NCBI GenBank assembly: GCA_963780185.1
Contig: CAWABA010000006.1
Coordinates: 512,001-576,000 of the forward strand
DNA from: Candidatus Bathyarchaeota archaeon
GTDB taxonomy: Archaea; Thermoproteota; Bathyarchaeia; Bathyarchaeales; Bathycorpusculaceae
Direction: 5' to 3'
DNA length: 64,000 nt
The translations under genes were made by a program, and so were the position numbers. The notes beneath the pieces are model-generated. The model had not been told where the DNA came from and made no database searches. It was given only the letters and a program-made list of their open reading frames with translations. Shown in pieces: positions 40,024 to 49,700 of the stretch (positions are counted from its first letter, which is position 1; every line of letters begins with the position of its first letter).

Positions 40024-42430
40024 ATCACTTTTAAGCATAGTTTTAATAGCCTTAATGGTTAGTTCATCGGTTTTGTTTGGCACTGGCTCAAATAACGGGC
40101 ATTTATATGCTTTTGGTGCAATTCCTTTGGCTGCTCCGAACGTGTCTGCTTCGCCTGGCACGGTGGATCAGGGTCAGACTAGCAGTTTGACCTCTACTGC
40201 TGTGACATCAGGCACTTCTCCGTACACGTATCAGTGGTTTGCGAGGGCTCCAAGCGGAACCTATGCCAAGGTGGGTACGAGTTCGGCGAGTTACAGCTTT
40301 GTGACCACGAGTTCTACGACTACGGGCAGCTGGAGCTTCATACTTCAGGTGACAGACAGCACGAGCGCAGCCGTGAATACTACTGCGACTTCAGTTACGG
40401 TTGATCCTGCGTTGGTAGCTCCGACGGTGACGGCTGCTCCAGTTACCGTTAATCAGGGCCAGACTTCTGCTTTGACTTTTTCCACAGTGACCGCTGGCTC
40501 TGGAGGTTATACATATCAGTGGTTCGCAAAGGCTTCTGGTGCTGGTTCTTACTCGCTGATTAGCGGTGCGACTTCACTCAGTTACAGCTTTTCAACCACG
40601 GCGTCTACGGCTGCTGGCAGCTGGGGCTTCTTATTGCAGGTTAATGACAGCACGAGTGCATCTGTTAATACTACTGCGGCTTCAGTCACGGTGAATTCTG
40701 CTTTGGTAGCGCCTAGAGTGACGCCTACTCCGGCTGTGGTTGACCAGGGGCAAACTTCAGTTTTGACTTCTGCAGCTGTTTCATCCGGCACTAGTCCGTA
40801 CACTTATCAGTGGCTGGAGAAGGCGCCCGGAGGCGCATACGTTGATGTGGGCTCGAATTCAGCGAGTTTCCACTTTAATACTACTGGTTCAACGGCTACG
40901 GGTGATTGGAACTTTGAGCTTCAAGTGACTGACAGTGCTAGTCCGACTGTGACGGTGACTTCAAGTCCTGTAAATGTTACGGTGGATTCTGCTTTGGTTG
41001 CTCCGACGGTGACCGCTGCTCATGTTAAGATTGACGAAGGCCAGACGTCAGTTTTATCTTCTTCCGCGGTGACCACTGGCTCTGGTGGCTACAAATATCA
41101 GTGGTTTGCAAAGGCTCCAAGAGGAAGCTACGCTACAGTAGGCACAAACGCTGCGAGCTACAACTTTGTGACCTCAGTTTCCAACGCTACGGGCGGTTGG
41201 GGTTTCATACTTCAGGTTACTGACAGCACGGGTTTGGCAGTAAATTCTACTGCGGTAATAGTGACCGTTAATGCGCGTGCTGCACTACCCTTTTGGGTAA
41301 TTTACGTGTTGATTGCCATCGTCGCAATAACAGTGCTCTTAATAATAATCTTGTTTGCGTGGCGCAGGCGCACGCGCAAAATGAGCACTAAGAAGGATCA
41401 ACCAGCCGATGACGCTGCTAAGAAGAAACAACCCGTCAATGTCGGCGTTGAGGTATCCAAAGTTGAGATCGCTGATAGTAAAGTAAAGTTTTTTGTTGCA
41501 AAAGGGCGCCGTAAAAAACATTGGGTTAGTGTTAAGGAAATTCCTATTCTTGAGATTGAGCACATTGAAAGTTCTGACAACCAGTTAACCGTCACATGGA
41601 AAGGCGTCGCTGACTCGTTTTATACAAAGGATAAAATTGTCTCGTTCACCGCGCTGGTGGAGCAGGTTAATGGGATACTTGAAGAACAACGCGCAAACCA
41701 GCTGAAAACAGCCGAAGCTAACGAGAAAAACACCCAGAGAAAGAACGAGTTGCAGGCGGTAATCGAAAAGTCAATCCATATAGTTGACTCATCATTCGAC
41801 GTCTTGATCGGGCTGCAGGATAAACGGATAAGTTGGCCGCAAGTAGAAGCCTTCGCAAACGAATTGAGCACAAACCTGAATTTCACCGGGCAAACCTTAC
41901 CGCCACTGGTTCTGGATTACTCAAAAATCGTCTCCGCTGTTAAAGCACAGGTGCCGAGGGATGCTTCAAAGGAAGCCTTCGACATCCTGAAAGCATTAAA
42001 CGGGTACTTCGATGCTTTAAAACCTGAAGAAGACGCCAAAGAAAACCCGCTTAATTTTCAGACAACCAAAACATTGATTTCAGTCTATTTCATGTTAAAC
42101 GACCTTTTGCTGGCCAGGTTCGTAGGCGACAAAACCAACAGCAGAGAAATCGGCGAGCTTGAAGCGGCGCTGCAAAGTTTGGCTGAGGTTAACTTCAAAG
42201 TTGATGTTGAAGCGCTTAAGGGAAGCATAAGCGTGGAGGGAGAGAAACAAGTGGCCATTGATGACAGCCGCGCAATTTTCAAAGATCAGCTGAAGAAGCT
42301 TTCTGAACTTGCCTTCATAGTCAAAGAAGTTCCTGTTCAAGCTTCAGAAACTCAGCCCTTAGAAGAGGCGCCTTCGGAAGATTTACAGCCGCTAACGTCG
42401 GAACCGTCAGATATTAGAAAAGATAATTAA
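40016..42430 (+). CDS. Single-pass membrane protein: signal peptide, four ~95-aa Ig-like repeats, TM, ~350-aa cytoplasmic region
   Basis: Four LxAPxV..GQTS..YQW..W.F.LQVxDS repeats, then TM LPFWVIYVLIAIVAITVLLIIILFAW and RRRTRK. Probable start ATG 40016 after GGTGG. Confidence 0.88.
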   Translation: MNKSLLSIVLIALMVSSSVLFGTGSNNGHLYAFGAIPLAAPNVSASPGTVDQGQTSSLTSTAVTSGTSPYTYQWFARAPSGTYAKVGTSSASYSFVTTSSTTTGSWSFILQVTDSTSAAVNTTATSVTVDPALVAPTVTAAPVTVNQGQTSALTFSTVTAGSGGYTYQWFAKASGAGSYSLISGATSLSYSFSTTASTAAGSWGFLLQVNDSTSASVNTTAASVTVNSALVAPRVTPTPAVVDQGQTSVLTSAAVSSGTSPYTYQWLEKAPGGAYVDVGSNSASFHFNTTGSTATGDWNFELQVTDSASPTVTVTSSPVNVTVDSALVAPTVTAAHVKIDEGQTSVLSSSAVTTGSGGYKYQWFAKAPRGSYATVGTNAASYNFVTSVSNATGGWGFILQVTDSTGLAVNSTAVIVTVNARAALPFWVIYVLIAIVAITVLLIIILFAWRRRTRKMSTKKDQPADDAAKKKQPVNVGVEVSKVEIADSKVKFFVAKGRRKKHWVSVKEIPILEIEHIESSDNQLTVTWKGVADSFYTKDKIVSFTALVEQVNGILEEQRANQLKTAEANEKNTQRKNELQAVIEKSIHIVDSSFDVLIGLQDKRISWPQVEAFANELSTNLNFTGQTLPPLVLDYSKIVSAVKAQVPRDASKEAFDILKALNGYFDALKPEEDAKENPLNFQTTKTLISVYFMLNDLLLARFVGDKTNSREIGELEAALQSLAEVNFKVDVEALKGSISVEGEKQVAIDDSRAIFKDQLKKLSELAFIVKEVPVQASETQPLEEAPSEDLQPLTSEPSDIRKDN

Positions 42431-42503
42431 CAATACGTATGGATATGACTCTACTGCGATATTACTTGGAGATTCGCTAGCTTTATCTATAAAGCATCTC
42501 AAT

Positions 42504-43100
42504 ATGAGTTCAGACAAGTGGGGGATAAGTAAATTGGCTAAGAATCCACAATCAAAGGACGACTCCTTAGAGGCCTTAGATTTCATTGTAAACGTTCTCA
42601 AAGAACATGAAAAAGACCTAGACAAATTGATCAATGAGTTAGCAACCGTAACCGAGCAGCTTGGAGACACAGGCGACCTTGGCGGCAAAGTAGAAAAAGT
42701 TGAAGAAAAAATAACCAGCTTACAGAAAGAAGTCGCAGGCATGATGAGTTACATCTCAGGCGTCGCACCCAGAGAAGCATTACCGATGACGAAAGAATCG
42801 CAGGAAGCCATACCAGCAGCTTCACCAGCGCCAGCACAGGCAGGGGCGGGAGGGCCCTCGGTGGTTTTAAGGTGCAAGCAATGGGAAGACTTCCAAAACT
42901 TGGCGTTCCAAGCTCAAACACTGTCTTTCACCTACAAGGAAGAAGAAAAAATCTTTCAGGCAGACGCCCTCAAAGGAAACAGAATAATCACTTACAGCGG
43001 CACGCTTCCAAAGTTCTCTCAAATCTTAAAAGCGTGGCTTTCCAAGGAACTGGGTATCCAGGAAAGAAGCATCCTTGAAGGCGTTCTAGCTATAAGCTAA
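42504..43100 (+). CDS. Hypothetical protein with N-terminal coiled coil
   Basis: Heptad-rich LDFIVNVLKEHEKDLDKLINEL..., Ala/Pro linker and a small C-terminal domain. Confidence 0.8.
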   Translation: MSSDKWGISKLAKNPQSKDDSLEALDFIVNVLKEHEKDLDKLINELATVTEQLGDTGDLGGKVEKVEEKITSLQKEVAGMMSYISGVAPREALPMTKESQEAIPAASPAPAQAGAGGPSVVLRCKQWEDFQNLAFQAQTLSFTYKEEEKIFQADALKGNRIITYSGTLPKFSQILKAWLSKELGIQERSILEGVLAIS

Positions 43101-43157
43101 ATCTGAATTTTCAATTCTTAAACCTTATATTCTTTTCTCGGTATCTTAGTCCTGTCA

Positions 43158-43293
43158 GTGATGGAGGGCTAATCAAGGTTGAAGGCTAAACCACCTACTA
43201 AGCCAAAAAGTTTTTTCCGTTTTCGAAGCCTTCTCCTTTCTCCTCGATGACGGATGGCACTGGTAGCCAACATACAAGAAAGCCCTCCATCAC
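43158..43293. repeat. Perfect 13-bp long-range inverted repeat
   Basis: GTGATGGAGGGCT at 43158-43170 and AGCCCTCCATCAC at 43281-43293. Confidence 0.8.
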
Positions 43294-43414
43294 CAACATT
43301 GTAGATAAAACCGCTAAGCGTACCCAACATGTCCAGGATGAGGGAAGCAAATTACGCCAAGACTTAAATCCAATCGGCAACAATCATACCTTGGTTGATT
43401 TGTTTGGCTGTTGA
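43179..43414 (+). CDS. Possible ~78-aa protein with a frameshift in the A5-G-T6 run at ~43205-43216
   Basis: TATA at 43126, GGAGG at 43163, TTG at 43179. MKAKPPTKPK.. joins the -1 frame FFPFSKPSPFSSMTDGTG...VDLFGC. Confidence 0.35.
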
Positions 43415-43643
43415 TGTTTCAAGAGCAAAGAAACCGAAGCTTCCCAAAAAGCGGTTGCTGAAGAAAACAAATAGAAGATAAATGAGCACGCAAGCCCTGC
43501 CTTCTGCGAGATTTTTGATTTGCCAGCAAGGAACATGCCGAAAAAAGGGAGCGCCCCGCGCTAACGGTGCTGTTCTCAAAAAGGGAATTCGCCAAAAGTG
43601 CGCGATTTCCGCCGATTGGAAGGAAAGCAGGTTTGCCTGCGAC

Positions 43644-44168
43644 TTACTTGGGTGTTGTCAGGTATTTGAGGTGGAACGGTTTGATTACGATTCCAGTTTT
43701 TAAGTCAGCGTGGAAAGTTTGGCTTTCGATAACCCAATCAGATAGTTCTGAATCGTGTGCCCTTATGAATTCGGCGAAATTCGAGAAGTCTTCATGAAGC
43801 GAAATGCAGACTGCATCCCAGCCCATTCCTCTGCCGTCCAAAACCAATATTACGCTAGGTTGTTTGAGGTACCAATCTTTCATTTTCTGTAAGGCTTCAG
43901 TTTTCTCGTCGCCTGTTTTTAGTTTGAGTTTGCTTTTTAGAAAAGTGAAGGCTGCTATTTCAAACCCTATTTGCCCGAATTTTGGGATAACTGTGTATCC
44001 TTCGATGTAGTTGTCTTCAAGCATGGCTCTTCTTCGTGTAACCGTAGGTTGAGAGACACCTAGGGATTTGGCTAGTTGCCTATCGCTTCTATGCGAGTCT
44101 TTCATTAACTCAAAAAGTATTTTGTAATCTATCGGTTTCAGTTCTTTCATTGCAACCAACTTTACCAT
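43644..44168 (-). CDS. Lrp/AsnC-family transcriptional regulator
   Basis: IDYKILFELMKDSHRSDRQLAKSLGVSQPTVTRRR...IEGYT. Confidence 0.92.
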   Translation of the reverse strand: MVKLVAMKELKPIDYKILFELMKDSHRSDRQLAKSLGVSQPTVTRRRAMLEDNYIEGYTVIPKFGQIGFEIAAFTFLKSKLKLKTGDEKTEALQKMKDWYLKQPSVILVLDGRGMGWDAVCISLHEDFSNFAEFIRAHDSELSDWVIESQTFHADLKTGIVIKPFHLKYLTTPK

Positions 44169-44344
44169 TCATGACGTTTTTGTTATCATATATAAATCTT
44201 GACAAAAATTTTACGTAAAGTTGAAGGTAGAACAGATAAGCAGTTCCATTGTTGGTTTAAGTATAATTTGGTGATGTGAAGCATAGACAAATACTTTTAA
44301 GAGAAAAAGCAGGTATAGAACAACTTAACAGGAGCTTCAAGTCT

Positions 44345-45703
44345 ATGTCACCCCAAATTTTAAACGAAGTTGAACAGGAAGTCACAGAACTTCTCTGCAA
44401 CCTAATACGAATAAACACGACCAACCCGCCAGGCAACGAAACAGCAGCGGCAAACTACATAGCCCAGTACCTGGGCAAAGACGGTTTAAAGACTGAAGTT
44501 ATCGAAACCGCGCCTGGAAGAAGCAGCGTTATTGCACGACTAAAGGGGACGGGGGAAAAACCCAGCCTCCTTTTACTGTCACACCTCGACGTGGTTGCAG
44601 CTAACAGCCAAGAATGGACCGTTGACCCGTTTGCTGGAGCAGTAAAGGACGGTTACGTTTACGGCAGAGGCGCCTACGACATGAAATCCATGACAGCCAT
44701 CGAAGTCATGGTAATGAAGCTTCTGAACAAAAACCATGTTACGCTCAAAGGCGACGTGGTTTTGGCAGGCACTCCTGACGAGGAACAGGGAGGGGAAGAA
44801 GGAGCAGGCTACCTTCTAAAAAACTACAAAGAGAAAGTCTTATGCCCCTACGTAATCAACGAAGGCGGCGGATTAGCTTTCCCATCAAAAAAAGGCTACG
44901 TGTTTCCAGTGCAGACAGCGGAGAAAGGCATCCTTTGGCTTAGAGTAAAAGCGAAGGGGACGCCTGGTCATGGGTCTATGCCTAACACGGCTGATAACGC
45001 TGTTATTCGCATGAACAAAGTCATTGATAAACTGGCGAACTATAAGCCGCCGACCATTTATGTTCCCACCCTGAAAAAGTTTCTCGCTGAAATGGGAAAG
45101 CAAGATAAAGAGCTACAGGAAGCTTTTTCATATCTGCTCGCAAACCCGACGCAAAGCGAACAGATTCTGGACCAACTCGCAAAAAAGGACAGCGCCCTGG
45201 CAGAGGAAATTAGGCCAAGAACCAAAATGACTATTGCGCCCACGATGATTCACGGCGGAGTTAAGGAAAACATTATTCCTTCAGATTGCGAAGCAGTGTT
45301 TGACTGCAGAATTCTTCCGGGGCAAAGCATCGACGAAACTATTGATTTAATCAAGGGTCTGCTCAAAGATGTGGGGTTGGATAAGCTGAGTTTCGAGTTT
45401 ATTCAGGCGCATGGCGGCTCAGAATCATCCATGGATACGGAACTCTACAGCACCATCACGAGTGTTCTAAGAGAGTTTGAACCGGGATGTGGAGTGACGC
45501 CGACCTTGACCACTGGCGGCACCGACTCACGTTTCTTCAGGGAACTTGGTAGCGTATGCTACGGGTTCCAACCTATGATTCCCGACGAACCCAACGACCA
45601 GCTGGAAAAACGAATGCACGGCATAGACGAACGTATAACAATAAACAACCTGGTTTACGGAACAAGCGTGCTTTACGAAACAGTGAAGAGATTCATGACC
45701 TAA
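44345..45703 (+). CDS. M20/M25/M40 metallopeptidase (ArgE/DapE-like)
   Basis: SHLDVV, GRGAYDMK, DEE, GHGS, GGTDSRF and HGIDE. Confidence 0.93.
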   Translation: MSPQILNEVEQEVTELLCNLIRINTTNPPGNETAAANYIAQYLGKDGLKTEVIETAPGRSSVIARLKGTGEKPSLLLLSHLDVVAANSQEWTVDPFAGAVKDGYVYGRGAYDMKSMTAIEVMVMKLLNKNHVTLKGDVVLAGTPDEEQGGEEGAGYLLKNYKEKVLCPYVINEGGGLAFPSKKGYVFPVQTAEKGILWLRVKAKGTPGHGSMPNTADNAVIRMNKVIDKLANYKPPTIYVPTLKKFLAEMGKQDKELQEAFSYLLANPTQSEQILDQLAKKDSALAEEIRPRTKMTIAPTMIHGGVKENIIPSDCEAVFDCRILPGQSIDETIDLIKGLLKDVGLDKLSFEFIQAHGGSESSMDTELYSTITSVLREFEPGCGVTPTLTTGGTDSRFFRELGSVCYGFQPMIPDEPNDQLEKRMHGIDERITINNLVYGTSVLYETVKRFMT

Positions 45704-45734
45704 GCGGTTAAAGACTGATTTTTTCAATGGAACT

Positions 45735-46079
45735 TTAGGTTCTCGACCGCAAAAGCGAGCGAATGCTTGAGAAAGCTACATACAGAAGATAGATGGCACA
45801 GAAAACAGTTACTCCTATCTCAGAGTTCAGAATTATCGGGTTTTTTTCAATTCCAAGAAAGGCGCCTTGAGAGGATATCCGAAGAAAGACCAGAAATTGC
45901 AGAAACACACTTCCTGCCAAACAGCCTATGCCTATACTGTGAAAAGCTAACCGTAAACCAAATGTGTGTTCAGTGGGCTTGCCATTAACCATTGTTTTAA
46001 AAATCCCCTTAACTTGAACAAAAAGAGCGATTGAAGGTATAGAAGTATGCAGGTTATCATAAAGATTTGTTGTAGTCAA
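45735..46079 (-). CDS. Small membrane protein
   Basis: Two hydrophobic helices; start uncertain. Confidence 0.55.
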   Translation of the reverse strand: MTTTNLYDNLHTSIPSIALFVQVKGIFKTMVNGKPTEHTFGLRLAFHSIGIGCLAGSVFLQFLVFLRISSQGAFLGIEKNPIILNSEIGVTVFCAIYLLYVAFSSIRSLLRSRT

Positions 46080-46180
46080 ATGTTACTCACTCAATGATTG
46101 ATTGTTAATCAAGTGATTTTTGTTGCTTCGCACGATTGCATGAATATACAAAAACTTAAAATTGGATGTTCACGAAGTGA

Positions 46181-46579
46181 TTGCGGGTAAAAATGGCTAG
46201 AAAATCTCTCGCTTTAGCGCTCATCATAGTGTTGGTTGTATCGATGTCTTTAGCGTTCATCTTGCCGAATTCCTCACTTCTTGGCCCAAAAAAATCTAAC
46301 AGCGACACAAAATATGCCGGCTACACCGCGATACCGCTGTACAATAACACTAATACTAACGTGCAGGTTGGAAGCTACAATTACGCTTTCGCCTATCACC
46401 CGACGACCATTATTAACAATTCCACGATTGAGGGATCCCTTACGATTTGCAGGCAAGGCATCTTAACGCCAACAGAGTTTCCATTGACTACAAACACATC
46501 ACATGATTACTATACAGTGACGTTTGCCATAACAAAAATCAATTCTAACTACATCACCGTAATGGTAAACGTAATTTAG
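46181..46579 (+). CDS. Small N-terminally anchored or secreted beta-rich protein
   Basis: MARKSLALALIIVLVV signal/anchor; Asn/Thr-rich. Confidence 0.7.
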   Translation: MRVKMARKSLALALIIVLVVSMSLAFILPNSSLLGPKKSNSDTKYAGYTAIPLYNNTNTNVQVGSYNYAFAYHPTTIINNSTIEGSLTICRQGILTPTEFPLTTNTSHDYYTVTFAITKINSNYITVMVNVI

Positions 46580-46724
46580 AAGCCAAATAAATCGGCTAAG
46601 TTGGCAAGCAACTTACGGAAAATATTCTTGATTTTTTGCTTGAGACAAAAAAGAAGTTTAAGTTTTCTTTCCACAAAAAAGAAAGAAAAATGAAATTGTG
46701 GGAGTTTTTGGTTTGTTTTTGAGT

Positions 46725-49700
46725 TTACTTGGTTTTCTTTCGTCTGCTTATCATTATGCCCGCTAATGCGATTACTACTGCAACGATGACTACGACTGCA
46801 ACTATGTAATACAGTGTGTTCGGAGTTGGCGCTGGAGTTGCTGTTGGAGTTGTTGTTGATGAGGGTGCTGAGAACTGTATGTCGATTTGGTGAGTGCTGA
46901 AGTGCGTTGTGAACCATACGTAGTAGTTGGTTCCGTCTTGGCTGAAGCCTTGGTTTGCTGCGAGTTGCCCATCGATGTATACTGACGGAACTGTGCCGAT
47001 GGCTATATCGGATATTGGAAGGGTCATGTTGATGAAGCCTGAGCTTCCGCTTTGGCCATTTATTGTGAATCGCACTGCTGTTGTAGAGTTGCTTGAGTAG
47101 GATGTGATTGTCATGCCAGATAGTGTTGCATTACCAGTTACCTGTATGTTGACGGATGTGTTGGTTGAAGTTAAGGTTGCAGGCACCGTGAACGTTGCTG
47201 AGGCGCTCATTGGCGCGTAGGTGGCGGTGATTGAGTGTGTGCCCAATACGTTTGTGAAGGTGTGGGTGGTCGGTGTGCCGACTGAGGAGCCGTCGACTTT
47301 GACATCAGTGATGTAGTATCCGCTTGTCGGGGTTATAGTGAAGGTTTGGCTTGAACCGTAGTTCACTGAACTTGTGCCGGGGCTTATTGTTCCACCGCTG
47401 GTCTGAGTGACGGTGATTTGATATGTGATTAGGGCGAAGTTTGCTGTGATTGTTCCTGCTCCAGTTATGGTTGCTGTCGTGGTAGCTGAGGATACGCTTG
47501 CAATTGAGTTACCGCCGCCTGACCATGACCCAAAGTTGTAGCCTGTGTTTGCGGTAGAGGAGAGTGAGATGACTCCTACGTTTTCCCATTGTGTACCTGA
47601 AGGTGATGTTGTTCCAGCGCTAGCGGGGCTAACGGCGAAGGTGATTTGGTACTGGTGAGCGTATATTGGCACAATGGTAAGGGTGGCTGAGACTGTTCCG
47701 ATGATGCCGTTTGATGGAACCCACTGTTGAGTGCCGCTTGTGATTGTGTTGTTGACGGCCCATGTTGAGCCTGCATCTAACCAAGGCAACTGCGTGGCTG
47801 TAGTCAAGGTCAAGCTGAAAGCGCTACTTCCGTATTGGGTGCCTGTCAGTATGATGCTTGAGGTTGGTGTCGAGTTGTCTGATGTGGTGTAGTTGGCTGG
47901 GATTTGGTATTGGTTGTAGTATGATGGATTAGCCGTTGCGGTTGCAGTTACGGATGAGAGCGCAGTGTATGTGCCTGCGTCCGCTGAAGTGACAATCCAG
48001 CGTTCGTTGCTGCTAACTATTGGGCTGTTATATTTCAATGCGGAGCCCGCGTCTGCCCAAACCTTTGCCGTTGCGGTTGGAGCCAAAGTTGGGGTGGCAG
48101 TTTGCCCTGCGGTGCCGAAGCTGGTGTATGAGGCGACGTTGGTGACGGTTGGGTTGCCTGCTGGTGTGTTAGCTATTGAGTATTCGAGTGTTAGCTGGAA
48201 TTGGTTGTAGTAGGTTGGTTTCACTGTGGCTGCGGAAGTGACTGATGATACGGCTGTGTAGGTAGTGCTGTCGGCTGATGTGACTATCCAGCGTTCTGTG
48301 CCGCTGACTATTGGACTTGAGTAGGTAACTGCGGACCCTGCATCAGCCCAAACCGTTGTTGTAGCGGTAAGCGCCGGAGTTGCAGTTAACCCTGCAGTTC
48401 CTAAGCTGGTGTATGTGACAATGTTTGTTACTGTTGGAGTGCCAGCTGGTGTGTTAGCGATCGAGTACTCTAATGTTAGCTGGAATTGGTTGTAGTATGC
48501 GGGGTTCACTGTTGCGGCGGCAGTAACTGATGAAACTGCTGTGTAGGTAGTGCTGTCAGCCGAAGTGACGATCCAGCGTTCTGAGCCGCTAACGATCGGG
48601 CTTGCGTAAGTAACCGCAGACCCTGCATCAGCCCAAACCGTTGTTGTAGCGGTTGGAGCTACGGCGGGAGTCGCTGTCAAGCCAGCTGTGCCTAAGCCAG
48701 TGTATGACACTATGTTAGTAACTGTGGGTGTTCCAACTGGAGAGTTAACGATGTTGTACTCGAGGGTTAGCTGGAACTGGTTATAGTAGGATGGATTCAC
48801 GGTTGCAGCAGCTGTAACTGATGAAACAGCCGTGTATGTGGTGCTGTCAACTGAAGTAACGATCCAGCGTTCTGAGCCGCTAACTATTGGACTGTTGTAT
48901 CTAACTGCGGAGTTAGCGTCGACCCAAACTTGAGTTGTGGCGGTCAGGGCAGGAGTTGCAGTTGTGGCTGTGCCTAAGGTGGTGTATGAAACTATGTTTG
49001 TAACTGTGGGTGTGCCCGCTGGTGAGTTGGCAATGTTGTACTCCAATGTTAGTTGGTACTGGTGATAGTACATTGGCGCGATGGTAACGGCACTGTTTAC
49101 CGTTCCTGAGGTGCCTGATGAGGCGTCCCAACGTTGAGTGCTGCTTGTGATTGGGTTGTTAACGCTCCAAGCTGTGGTGGCGTCTAACCAGATACTTTGT
49201 GTAGTGGTGGTTAATGTCGCAGTGAAAGCGGAGCTGCCGGACTGAGTGCCAGACAATGTGACACTTACGGAAGGCGTAGAGGTGTCTGAGGTACTGTAGC
49301 TTGCTGTCACTTTGTACTGGTGATAGTAGAGTGGAGCAATAGCTGAAGATGCGCCCACTGTTCCGGAGGTGCCAGAGGTAGCGATCCAGTGCTCGGTGCC
49401 TGAAGCGGCAATCGGGTTATTTACACTCCATGTCGATCCGGCATCAAGCCATGGAGACTGTGTTTCAGTTGTAAGAGTCAAAGTGCCGCTACTGCCGAAT
49501 TGAGTGTCAGTTAGAACAACACTTGCGGAAGGCGTAGAGTTGTCAGAGGTACTGTAGCTTGAGGACACTTGGTACTGGTGATAGTATGATGGGTCCACGG
49601 TTGCAGCAGCTGTAACTGATGAAACAGCCGTGTATGTGGTGCTGTCAACTGAAGTAACGATCCAGCGTTCTGAGCCGCTAACGATCGGGCTTGCGTAAGT

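Noticed and set aside
43409-43475. Selenocysteine readthrough at GGC-TGT-TGA-TGT (C-U-C)
   Set aside because: No recognisable selenoprotein family or archaeal SECIS downstream, and the ORF itself is uncertain.
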